This document shows positions 26,621-37,880 of a stretch of DNA of 64,000 nucleotides, piece after piece (within the stretch, counting starts at the first letter, position 1; each line of letters starts with the position of its first letter). The notes beneath the pieces were generated by a model. It was given only the letters and a program-made list of their open reading frames with translations, had not been told where the DNA came from and searched no databases. Made by a program: the position numbers and the translations under genes. The DNA is from Octopus sinensis (taxonomy: Eukaryota): positions 89,404,001 through 89,468,000 of the forward strand of contig NC_043006.1 in NCBI RefSeq assembly GCF_006345805.1, written 5' to 3'.

Positions 26621-28899
26621 GTGTATGCCAAAACAGACACTGGAGCACAATGCAGTCCTTGGGCACATAAAGTCCTGTCGAAAAATTCAACCCCTGCCAG
26701 CATGCAACACTGATGTTAAATGATGATAATGATATATGGAACTGTGTGAATGTGTGCATGTATAAAGAGGTGTATACACACACACTTTATTAGGTGGGCC
26801 TCATACACACAACTGAAAACAGAGCATTCAAACACACACACTTGCTCATACACATACATGCACACAATAGTGTCACACGCACACACACACACTCACATCT
26901 GAAACCCCATGTCAAGAAACCCCTTCACTGAATGGTAGCAGCGGAAATTGAATGGTATCTTTATGTTAAGTTTTGAGAGGTCAAATTATGAAAGAAGGGG
27001 CAGAAACTTGTTTCTTGCTATACTCACAATAATTGGCTACCTCACATTATATAGGAGTTGGTGGGAGTAAGCAAGATGGAGTTGGAAAGAAAGCTAAAGA
27101 CAAGGTGTCAGAGCCCTTAAGTTACCAGACCGAGACAGGATTAAGAAGAGTGAGTGTTTAGAGTGTATGGGGAGAGCGAGGGATGGTTAGAGACAGAGCT
27201 AGAGATAGGCGTGAATGTAGTGAATGGCGAGCAAGGGTGAGTGATGGTTTTAAGGAAGGTAAGAAAGACAAAGTGATGATGAGCAGTACAGAAAGAATGA
27301 AGGGCAGTAGAATAACACAGTAGATAATGAAAGGATGAGAGGAAGAGAGGTGATGAGAGGGTAGTGTTTATTTAGGTTGTAATACTGTAGAGGAAGTGAA
27401 AGATGTAAAGTGCAGGAGTAGATTTGGTTAGAGGTACATAGGGATAAGTCAATAGGAAGTGTCTCGGCAGAGGGAAAGGGTGAGCAATGGAAAATATGAG
27501 TGAGGAGGGATGATATTAAAATGGAGGATAGATGTTACAGGAAGTGGTACTGATGACAGGGAGAGAAGACTAGTAGCACAGAAAAGAATGATAGAATACA
27601 TAGCACTGTTCTCATTTAATTTCAGAAGCAACAGCAGAATACTACAATAGTTAGGAGAGTAACTGAAGGATAGGCAATAGGGATGATGAGGAAGGCTTAA
27701 TAAGGACAAGTTCAGTGACAGGCCCAGTTGTGTGTATACACATTATGCTTACAGTACTTCAGTTTTGTCCGGATGGACAGATTTCCCCAAGCAGTGCAAT
27801 CATCTCAGTTCTTTGTAATTTAATCCATGTGGCTCAGAATGTTAAGATTAACCATTACTATCTAATTCTTCTTATACCTAGTTTTTCTCTCAACATATTT
27901 GCACTTTGCTGCTCATGCATGTTAACATTATTTCTTTCTAGTTTCCACAAGTCCTCTACATTTGAGACTCACATTTCACCCATAGCATTGCAGTTCATAG
28001 ACAAACATCATACGATCTGCCTTTCATTCAGAGGAAAACTTTTAGTTACCAAATAGAAGTAATAAATTCTTGAACTTTCTCCAGCTTTTATGGCTTAGCT
28101 AGTTACAGTATAATTCCAGTAGTCAGCTTATCAGTTAAACAACTAGAATACTTGATATTGAAAACAATGGAGATTTTAGTCTTTGTAGTTTCTTTAGACA
28201 AATAAATTCCAATCAGAAAGCATTAGTCAGTTGAAGACACAAGTGTGGAATTGAATTCAGAAGAACATGGCTCATGGTTGGTTGCAATGTGAAGATTCCA
28301 AATCACAGAGCCAAAGATGGAGTTGTTTAAAGAGATTATTAAATAAGAAGCAAGTAACACCAGGAAGACAGCTGATGAAGGAAACTAAATAGATTTAGAA
28401 AGAAATTCCTGAACATAGTTTCTATACTTTAGGTAGATTCTGTGACTCATCATTTGTAACAAGTCGTAACTAATGTTCTCTATAACACTTTGCTTTGGAG
28501 GTTTGCAGAAATTATCTTATGTGAAGCTTTTATCTTTCTTTGCCATGTGAGTAACTATCATTCAAATTTCTTCAATTAAAACCTCTAGTTTCATCTTGAA
28601 ATCTTACATGAGCACATTTTTTGCCTTACCTAGTTGCAAAATGTGCACTTGCACAGATACATGGCATAGGGGGAACACTGATCATAACTAATTATAGCTT
28701 ATATTCTCACATACAATAATTAAAATGAAAATACTACTGTTCGAAAACACACACACAAACGATTATTAAAGTTTATGTTTTATAATTCTCCAGGAATTCA
28801 TTTAAGTAACAAGACATTTTGGGTGTCTGAGCGAATACACGAAGCTAGAAACTCAGAATAGCAGGAGAGTGAAATGTGTGTTTGTGTGTGTGTGTGTGT

Positions 28900-30511
28900 G
28901 TATTGCAGAGAGAGTCATAGCCCAGCTAATCAGGAAGAGAGATAGTCTAGATGAGATGCAGTTTGGTTTTGTGCCAAGTAGAAGCGCTACTGATGGTATA
29001 TTTCTGGTAAGACAACTGCAAGAGAAATACCTAGCCAAAGATAAACCTCTGTACTTGGCTTTTGTTGACTCGGAGAAAGCTTTTGACAGAAATCTTCAAT
29101 CCGTTATCTGGTGGTCAAGGCAGAAACTAGGGATAGATGAGTGGTTGGCGAGAGCTGTACAAACCTTGTACCGGGAGGCTACGAGTAAGGTGAGAGTGAG
29201 CAATGAGTACACAAAGAATTCAGGGTACAAGTAGGGGTTCACCAAGGATCAGTGCCCTTGTTCATCACAGTCCTCCAGACAATTACAGAGCTACTCTATG
29301 CTGATGACCTGGCTCTTATACCTGAATAACTACCTGAGCTAGAGAAAAAGTTCCAGGTGTGGAAACAAGGTCTAGAATCAAAGGGACTAACCAAAGTTAT
29401 AACTAACTTTTGAAAGTGGAAGGTGCACAGACATAATAAATGCTGAACATGTGCAGAAAATAGACTCCATCAACTGCCAGGGGAGCAAGCTAGAGATTGT
29501 AGATAGCTTCCGATATCTAGGCGACCAGGCGAGTAGTGGAGGTGGATGCTCCGAGAGCATGGGTGTGTGAATTAGGTTGGGCAAAGTTCAGAGAGCTCCT
29601 ACCCCTGCTGGCAACAAAGGACATCTCTCTTAGAGTGAAAGGCAGATTGTTTGATATCTTTGTATGAACAGCTATGCTGCATGGCAGTGAAATATGGGCT
29701 ATAACAGCCAAGGACAGGCATAGACATGAGAGAAATGAAGTCAGTATGCTTTGCTGGATGTGCAATGTCAGTGTCCATGTTCAACAGTGTGTGACTATCA
29801 TGAGAGGCAAAAGAGGCATCAGATGTGGTGTGTAAGAGAGACAACTGCACTGGTATGGTCATGTGATGTGTATGGATGAGGACAGCTGTGAAAAGAAGTG
29901 CCAATCTCTGTGGAGGGAACCTGCGGTAGAGGTAGAACCAGGAAGACATGGGATGAGGTGGTAAAGCATGATCTCCAAATTTTGAGCCTCACAGAGGCAA
30001 ATGACTAGTGACTGAGACCTTTGGCAATGTGCTCTGCTTAACCCATCAAGCCAAGTGCACCCATATTAGTGGCACGTAAAAGATCAGCCTTTGAATGGTG
30101 GGCCTCATGGAGGCAAAGTGGCTGAGTTCCTTTTGAGTGTTGGGCCTCACGGAGGTGAGGTGGCTGAGTTCCTTTTGAGTGTAAGGCCTCATGGAGGCAA
30201 AGTGGCTGTGTTCGTTTCAAGTGTTGTGCCACACAAAGGCAATGACCAAGTCTCTTGGCATTATGTCATGCTTGAGAAGAAGACCCATCAAGCTGAGCAA
30301 AATCACAGTCATGGCAGATACTGGTGTCACGCAAATGGCACCTGTGCCAGTGGCACATAAAAAGCACCCATTACACTCTCAGAGTGGTTGGTGTTAGGAA
30401 GGGCATCCAACCACAGAAAACCAAGACAAATCAGACTGGAGCTTGCCACAGCTTTCCAGTGTGCTAGCCCAGTCAAACCGTCCAACCCATGCCAGCATGG
30501 AGACTGGACAT

Positions 30512-30548
<37 letters not shown>
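28900..30548 (+). mobile_element. 5'-truncated RTE-clade LINE including RT core
   Basis: EMQFGFVPSRSATDGIFLVRQLQEKY..LAFVDSEKAFD, GVHQGS, LLYADDLA (~29291-29314); 3' UTR; long (GAT)n tail then TA repeat. Confidence 0.9.
30098..30225 (+). repeat. ~39-bp minisatellite (about 3 units) in RTE 3' UTR
   Basis: GGGCCTCATGGAGGCAAAGTGGCTGAGTTCCTTTTGAGT-type unit repeated; related units at 41160-41250 (-) and 51530-51600. Confidence 0.85.
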
Positions 30549-30549
<1 letters not shown>

Positions 30550-31163
30550 ATATACATATATATATATTGTGCAAAGATTATAAATAACATGAAAATGAGT
30601 TTTTAAAAATCCAGAGGATAGAAGGAAATGTCTTTCAGAGCATCTGTTCTTCTACAAAAAGAACAGATGAGGAGAGAAATAGTGGAGAGAGAAAAGAATA
30701 AAAGTGCCTCAGTTGGATGGTCACAGCATGCTGAAATGACCAGAAGCAGGAAGGAGTTTCTAGAAGTGTGAGTGGCAAGGGAGAGAAGTGTGAGGGGCAT
30801 CTTCAGACATTGTGACAAGGGAGACAACTATGAATGTGTGTATGAAGTTACTGTGTATGTATACAGTGTGTGTTTGTGCATCTCTATGTGTGTATATGTG
30901 TGTCTTTGTTTCTGTTTATATGTGTGTGTGTGAGGCTAATCGGATGGGTGTGCATATGCATGCACATGTGTATGTATGCATATGTGTGTGTCTATATTGC
31001 ATGTGCATGTGTGTGTCCCTTTTCCTGTTTCTATGTGTGCGTATGTATGAAGTGATCTGATATGTACGTGTGTGTAAGAGCTTGTGTGCATATGAAGTTA
31101 TAGAGTGCATATGAAGTGTGTCTGCTTGTACTAGAGTAAAGTGTACATGCATGTGTATGTGTG

Positions 31164-31255
31164 CTGACTTTGTCTCTGTTTATTCAACTTATATTGTATG
31201 TGACAGGATCAGATCGGACAACCCTCCAGTGTTCCTGAACTCTCATCCTGTTACA
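31164..31255 (+). repeat. Truncated 5' LTR (last 92 bp only)
   Basis: Matches 36036-36127 with 3 mismatches; ends ...CATCCTGTTACA. Confidence 0.95.
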
Positions 31256-31257
31256 AT

Positions 31258-31267
31258 TGGTGACCCC
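31258..31267 (+). promoter_or_regulatory. Primer-binding site complementary to tRNA-Trp 3' end
   Basis: TGGTGACCCC two nt after the LTR; animal tRNA-Trp ends ...GGGGUCACCA; tRNA-Trp priming is typical of the CsRn1 clade. Confidence 0.8.
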
Positions 31268-31634
31268 AAAAAAAAAAAAGAAAACAGAAGCACACAGCAA
31301 ACAGGCTTCCCAGCATATGCCATCTACAAAACACGTTAGCACACACGTGCATTGACCTCTCTGTTTCATTTTCTTTTCTTCCTTTTCAGGATGGCAAAGG
31401 TGCATACACAAAAAAAAAGTTTTCTTCACCACACTCAGTACACTAAAAAAAAGAAAAATTGTCCTTACAAAAATTTTTTTTCTGTAGCCTTTGTTTTTCT
31501 TTTTGTGCACACACGCACCAGTACACAAACATATTTTTTGTTGTTTGCTTTGTCGGTTCACTAGGTTCTCCGTTTCTCATCGTTACTTTCTACTCCTTTC
31601 CCTTTGCTCTGACAGGCGTTTCGGACGAACATGT

Positions 31635-32352
31635 ATGGATCGGGTTTACCCTTATTCATGGGGGATGCAGGTCTTTGATTTGCCCAGGTCAAGTCACATT
31701 TTGCCGCCCATGCAGTTGCATCTGCTCTACTCTAGCTTGCCTCCTCAACTCGCCACATCAGTCAGGGATCTCATAATGAGTCCCCACCCAGACGCCACAT
31801 ATGCGTCAGTCAAAACAGAGATCCTCCACCACAACACGCGGTCGGAGGAGAGTAAGTTTAACGAGTTAATGGCTGATGAGCAGTTGGGGGACAGGACTCC
31901 CTCCCAATTCCTGCGCCACTTAAGGGAACTGAGTGGGAACGCAGCAGATGCACCACTCCTGTGAAAAATCTTCTTCTCCAGGTTGCCTGCCCACGTGCAG
32001 ACAATGTTGGCCATGGCCCTGGAGTCTGTCTCAGTTGACCAGATTGCCACGATGGCCAACAAAATATTAGAATTTTCCGGCCCACCTTCATCGCGGAGCT
32101 TGTACGCATGTACCGAGACCCCTCCAACAGCTTCTCTGACACAGTCCTTTAGCAGAGAAGATTGATGCGCTTACACAGTGCATAGATGATCTGTGCCATG
32201 GGAGCTGGTGCCGATCACGCAGTCGTAGTTGGATTGGCTCTGTTTCTCGTTCCTCTGGGCAACGTTCCAGCTGGTGCTGGTACCATTCAAAGTTTGCCGA
32301 AAAGGCAGAAAGGTGTACCCAGCCGTGCAATTTTCAGCCCTCAGTAAACTAA
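31635..32352 (+). pseudogene. gag: Gag (disrupted) with CX2HX9CX3C knuckle
   Basis: FAQVKSHF, EQLGDRTPSQFLRHLRELSG, and CWYHSKFAEKAERCTQPC at 32275-32328; stop TAA 32350-32352; internal stops/frameshifts. Confidence 0.9.
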
Positions 32353-35300
32353 ATCCGGAGGAGTTAAGCACTGCACCTTCTTCCTTTTCGTTTCCTAAAA
32401 ATCGTGCGTTCTTTGTCAAAGATCTGGTGTCGAAGAAATTCTTCATGGTAGACACCGGCTCTTGTTGTAGCATCTGGCCTCTTCGTCTGACTGCAGACAA
32501 GCCCAAGTGTTCCTCAATTGTTTTGCATGCCATTGATTTCACTATGCCTCGACATTAATCTTCGTCGAGATTTTCAATGGGTTTTTGTCATTGCTGACAT
32601 CCCGCATCCTATTCTCGGTGCTGATTTCTTGGATAGGTTTAATCTATTGGTGGATGTCAGGCGTCAGAGGCTTCTTGACAGCACTACGTCGCTTTCTACG
32701 CCGACTAGGCGTTCCACCAATGCGGTCCTTAGCCCGACATTCTTTGTTGCCACCTCTGGAGACGCTTTTCACTCTCTTTTGGCTTCATTTCCGGAGCTAG
32801 TGGACATTGCCTTTCAGCCGGAAAAGCCTACCCACTTGACCCTTCATTTTATCACCACCACTGGGCTGCCTGTTTTTTTGCGCCTGCGGCGCCTTGCACC
32901 TGACCGTCTAAATACAGCTAGGGCCGAGTTTGAGCACATGCTCCAACTTGGCCTAATACGCCCCTCCACCAGCCCATGGGCATCTCCCCTTCACTTGGCA
33001 CGAAAAGGGGAGTCTGATTTTCGCCCGGTAGGAGAGTATCGACGCCTCAATGCTGTAACAATAGCCGATTGCTACCCTATAAGAAATCTTCAGGACTTTA
33101 TGGCAAATCTCCATGGTTGTACCATTTTTTCAAAAGTCGATCTTATATGCGCATATCACCAAATACCGGTCAACCCAGCCAACGTCCGAAAACCGCGATT
33201 ACTACCCCCTTTGGGTGTTTTGAGTTTTTATATATGAGTTTCGGTTTGCGGAATGCTACCAGCACTTTCCAGCGCTTCATTGATGAGGTTGTCCACGGTC
33301 TTGATTTTGTGTTTGCCTATGTCAATGATATACTCATTGCAAGTGACACACATGAAAATCATCTCCGGCACCTTTCTCAGCTTTTTCAGCGTCTTCGCGC
33401 TTATAGTATATGTATAAATCCCGACAAGTGTGTTTTCGGACGCTCTTCTCTAAATTTTCTAGTTCATCATATTGATTCGAGTGGAATCAGACCTCTGTTG
33501 TCAAAGGTCGATGCCATTCAACACATCGCACCTCCCACTTCCTTGTGCCAGCTCAGGCATTATCTAGGGATGATCAATTTCTACAGATGTTTTATTCCTA
33601 GTTGTGCAGATAAGCTACTTCCTCTCACCAGGCTATTAAAGGACACTCCTCTCTGTTGAGGCACTGACAGCTTTTGAGTTCATTAAGAAGGATCTAGCTT
33701 CTGTTTCTTTGCTTGCACATCCGGTTCCTGGTGCTTCTCTCTCTTTAACTGTAGACGCATCAGACACTGCGATTGATGTTGTGTTACAACACACAGTGGA
33801 CGATCATACTTGACCTCTGCTTTCTTTTCCCACCAACTGCAACCAGCTGAATGACGATACAGCACTTTTGATCATGAGCTCCCAGCGGTCTATCTATCAG
33901 TTTCTCATTTCCAGCATCAACTTGAAGGTCGAGATATTGTGATCTATACGGATCACAAGCCTCTTACGTTTGCCCTGTCTTCTAAAATGGACAAACTCTT
34001 GCCTTGTGCTTTCCGTCACTTGGATTTTATTTCACAATTTACTAGTGACATTCGTCACATACCTGGAAAAGAGAACATTCCTGCTGACGCTCTCTCTCGC
34101 CTTCCAGTCTTTTGTCTCCTGCTGCTATCGACTTAACTGCCATTTCACAGGAGCACCTTTGGCGTCGTTAGACTTAACTTCACCTAAGTTCTCCTGTTGC
34201 CAGTTTGCCTATCTTCCGCTTCCGTCAGCCGAAGGTTCCATTCTTTGTGATACTTCCACTGGTTCTCCCAGGCCACTCGTGCCTGAAAATCATCAACACT
34301 CAGTGTTTAAGGCACATCCTGGCATCGCTGCTACTCTTAAGCTTATCACTGCTCGGTTTTTCTGGCCGAATATGCATTGCATTATTACTTCTTGGACATG
34401 CACTTGCTCCAAGTGTCAACAGTCCAAGATTCAACGGCATGTTTGTGCCCCGCTTGGACATTTTTCCCCTACGGAGGCCTGTTTTCGCCATGTCCACATT
34501 GATCTGGTTGGACCATGGCCTGTGAGTCGTGGGTTTTCTTATCTTTTAACTTGTGTTGATCATTTCTCCCGTTGGCCAGAAGCCATTCCGATAGCAGACA
34601 TTTCTGCTGAGTCTGTTGCTCGAGCCTTTGTTTCTAACTGGGTTTCTTGTTTCGGAGTTCCATCCAGATTGACTACTGATCGTGGACGTCAGTTTGAAGC
34701 TTCGTTATTTCGTGAATTGTCGCACATTCTAGGTGTGCATCATATTCACACTACCAGTTACCATCCAGCGTCTAATGGATTAGTCGAACGGTTCCATAGA
34801 CAGCTCAAGGCTGCTCTTTGTGCCTCTTCAGATCCACAGTCTTGGACTGAATTTCTGCCAATTGTGTTTCTTGGTTGTCGTATTGCTGTCAAGGCAGACC
34901 TGGGTTTTTCTTCTGCAGAGCTACTGTATGGTACCACACTGGCATTGCCTGGTACGATGTTGGTGCCAGACACTTCACAGCCCCATGATCCGGCGTCATA
35001 TGTCGCCAGACTGCGTTCCTATTTTTCAAATCTTCTGCCCATGGTTTCCAGGAAACAATCTCCACCATCTCATCTCCCACCGGATATGGACACTTGGTCG
35101 CATGTTTTTGTTCAGGACGACTCTGTCAAGGGACCTCTTGTTTCTCCTTATAAAGGACCTTTCTGTGTGCTTTCTTGCACACCTAAGGTTTTCACCATCA
35201 AAATTAATGGTCATGCGGACACCGTTTCAGTGGATCGACTAAAAAAAGCACATTTTGAGGTGTCTTCATCTCTTGATGACACCGTTGCCACACCCACCTA

Positions 35301-35463
35301 TGCACCTTTGACAACACTTTCACCTACACAGACACCTTTGCCTACACAGACACCTACAACGCCACCTTCACCGTCTATGGGTGCCCCGAGCACACCGTAT
35401 ATTACCAGATCGGGCAGGACTGTTCATTGGCCCAAGAGACTTTCAAAAACAATTTACATTTGA
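32340..35463 (+). pseudogene. pol: Pol polyprotein (protease-RT-RNase H-integrase), frameshifted
   Basis: PR VDTGS; RT WASPLHL, FSKVDL, TPFGCFEFLYMSFGLRNA, YVND (from YVDD); RH YTDHKPL, GKENIPADALSR; IN HPG..CSKC, HIDLVGP, TDRGRQF, SNGLVERFHR, PYKGPF, TRSGR; begins in -1 frame relative to the Gag end. Confidence 0.95.
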
Positions 35464-35660
35464 CTTTCCTTTCTTTTCAATTTCATGTTTTACTCTTGGA
35501 CAATTGTGAAGAGACAAAAAGAAAAACAAACTTTGTGCATGTTATATATTCTTTTGCATTTCAATTTTCTGTGTCATATTGTGTACCACATCTTCTGGGG
35601 GATCGGCAGCCATCTTGTTTTCTGCAGCCACTTCGTGCCTCCAAACTCGAGGGGGAGGCA

Positions 35661-36127
35661 TGTAGTGATGCTACTGTGTAAGTTTCAGCGCACATGCACA
35701 GAATTGGATTTCTTCCGGTTGGCCACCAGACGTTTTCCTCATGCGCATGTGCAGGAACTGGAACCTAAAAGCTTGACCGCTGAATCGGTTTTTCTGGCAT
35801 GAGCAGCACTAGCGCTCAGACATGGCTTGACTTTCTCTCAGGGAACAACCCTACACTCAGAGAACCTCACCCCAATGAAGCGGGAGCGAACCAACGAATC
35901 GTCTTGACTCGCAACAAGAAAGCATTGCAACCAGTCCTGCGGATTCGGCTGCCGGCTTCCCTACTAGAGATACACGTGCACTAGTTCTTACCTGTAACCG
36001 AGAATAAACCACCACTCACTGTGATCGAAGACCGCCTGACTTTGTCTCTGTTTATTCAACTTAAATTGTATGTGACAGGATCAGATCGGACAACCCTCCA
36101 GTGTTTCTGAACTTTCATCCTGTTACA
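35661..36127 (+). repeat. Complete 3' LTR (467 bp)
   Basis: Follows the PPT; TGTAG...TTACA ends; AATAAA at 36003-36008. Confidence 0.9.
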
Positions 36128-36265
36128 GACTGGTCGTGGAAAGTGCAGAAAAGTAGGGTGTATTGTCTACAGGGAATGGAAACGTAAGATCACCACTTTA
36201 ACATGGTATTTCACAAAAATGTACACACACAATGGGTGTTAAAAGATGATATATATATATATATT

Positions 36266-36675
36266 CAAAATTTAGAGGAATGACCACTAAAAAAAAATTG
36301 GACAGCCTATATGCTAGATATAGACGTCAAAATCGCCATTTTCCATGAAGAATGTGTTCTCAAGAAAAAATTCAGCAAAAAACTAAAGTGTAAAAATAAG
36401 CAAGACAAATGAAAATATACAAAATAAAAAAAACGATTACCTATGTACTAATTAGTTTCACTTGTTAATATTTATGTATATGGATATGCAAACATCTGCA
36501 AAATCATCAGCATAGTCTGTCGTTTGACGTTTATATCTAGCATATAGGCTGTCCATTTTTTTGGCCTCTAAATTTTGTATGTAAAAAAAAAATTTTTAAC
36601 CTTCGGATTTTTAAAAAATATGCTGGGCCACTGGTTTTAATTGATTAATATCAATTTCTACCCTTATTTAATTTT
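36266..36675. mobile_element. Penelope-like/retrozyme-like inverted-repeat cassette 1
   Basis: Arms 36266-36331 and 36523-36577 (33-bp core, 1 mismatch); TA runs on both sides; hammerhead motif in the loop. Confidence 0.65.
36441..36515 (-). ncRNA. Type I hammerhead ribozyme motif (canonical core, palindromic stem III)
   Basis: Minus strand: CUAUG-CUGAUGA-(stem II region)-GAAA-CUAAUUAG-UA-CAUAG; 5-bp stem I, self-complementary CUAAUUAG, GUA cleavage triplet. Confidence 0.7.
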
Positions 36676-36700
36676 ATATATATATATATTATTATTATTA

Positions 36701-36925
36701 TTATTATTAAAGCTGCAAAACTATCAGAAAAATATCGCAAAAGACTGCTACTCAGAGTTTCACATTCCTATTCGTTGGGCATTTGCGATCAAGAATCTTA
36801 ATCACAATGTTTTGTGATATTTTTGTAATGGTTTTTCAGTTTTAATAATAAGGCATATTACTCTACCTCCAGTATTTGAGTACTATTTTTCTCACCTTGT
36901 TTCACATTTATGTGCTTACTTGAGT
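36701..36925. mobile_element. Inverted-repeat cassette 2 with degenerate hammerhead motif
   Basis: Arms 36701-36742 / 36810-36851; loop on minus strand UGC-CCAACGA-..-GAAA-CUCUGAG-UA-GCA; TA/TTA runs on both sides. Confidence 0.5.
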
Positions 36926-36940
36926 ATATATATATATATA

Positions 36941-37390
36941 TCATCATCATCATCATCATCATCGTTTAACCTCCGTTTTCAATGCTAACATGGGTTGGAC
37001 GGTTTGACCGGGGTCTAGAAAGCCAGGAGGTGGCACCAGGCTCCAGTCTGATCTGGCGGTATTTCTACAGCTGGATGCCCTTCCTAATGCCAACCACTCC
37101 ATGAGTGTAGTGGGTGCTTTTTACGTGCCACCTGCACAGGTGTCAGGGGAGGCTGGCAATGGCCATGGTCGCTTGGTGCTTTTTACGTGCCACCAGCACA
37201 GGTATCACAACTACAATTTCCATTTGATTTTTATTTTGATGTTGATGTACTTGACTCAGTAGGTCTCTTCAAGCACAGCAGGTTGCCCTATGATCCAAGG
37301 TAAGCACAGCAGGCTGTCCTGCGATCCAAGATACTTTGGATGGGCTGGGGCTGCTATGTGAAGCTGGTGCAGGAAACAGCCATGAACTCA
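36941..37390 (-). mobile_element. RTE 3' UTR fragment inserted in a TA microsatellite
   Basis: (CAT)n then GTTTAAC..CATGGGTTGGACGGTTTGAC..CTACAGCTGGATGCCCTTCCTAATGCCAACCAC; TA runs on both sides. Confidence 0.85.
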
Positions 37391-37421
37391 TATATTACTA
37401 TATATATATATATATATCGTC

Positions 37422-37880
37422 CATATCCAGTTAAATGTAGAAAAGAAAATGGAGAGTTGAAAGTTAATAATTATTTATTATCAACAAATTGGTAATCTTT
37501 GCTTCTTACAGCTATTTCCATTAATACTCAATAATAATTAAATTACATATTTGTGCATTAAATTGAGTCTGCTCGTATCAACTGATAGATTGGCATGTAA
37601 CATCTTAAGGTATATCTTTTTTCTCCGATGAAATTATGCTCATATCATATTAAGGCAAATTTAATGCACAAATTTGTAATTTAATTATTGAATATTAATG
37701 GAAACAGCTGTAAGAAGTAAAGATTACCAATTTGTTGATAATAAATAATTATTAACTTTCAACTCTCCATTTTCTATTCTTCATTTAGCTGGATATGAAC
37801 TATATGCTTAATATATACCAATAATTTTAAGGGAATTTCATTCCCAAATAATACTAGGTATTAAACCAGTATTCCCTTGG
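37422..37880. mobile_element. Inverted-repeat cassette 3 (~140-bp arms) with hammerhead-like motif
   Basis: Arms 37422-37564 / 37658-37797 highly similar; + strand TTCT-CCGATGA (37621-37631) .. GAAA-CAGCTG-TA-AGAA (37701-37716). Confidence 0.65.

Larger units (their letters stand above)
31164..36127 (+). mobile_element. Ty3/gypsy LTR retrotransposon, CsRn1 clade, degenerate
   Basis: 5' LTR remnant 31164-31255; PBS TGGTGACCCC; Gag with CHCC knuckle; PR-RT-RH-IN order; PPT GAGGGGGAGG; 3' LTR 35661-36127 (TGTA..TACA). Confidence 0.95.

Noticed and set aside
30098-30225. 39-bp repeats as a possible CRISPR-like array
   Set aside because: Tandem units without unique spacers, inside an RTE UTR, in eukaryotic DNA with no cas genes
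33970-35463. 497-aa ORF as a host or domesticated gene
   Set aside because: It is the integrase portion of the frameshifted gypsy pol
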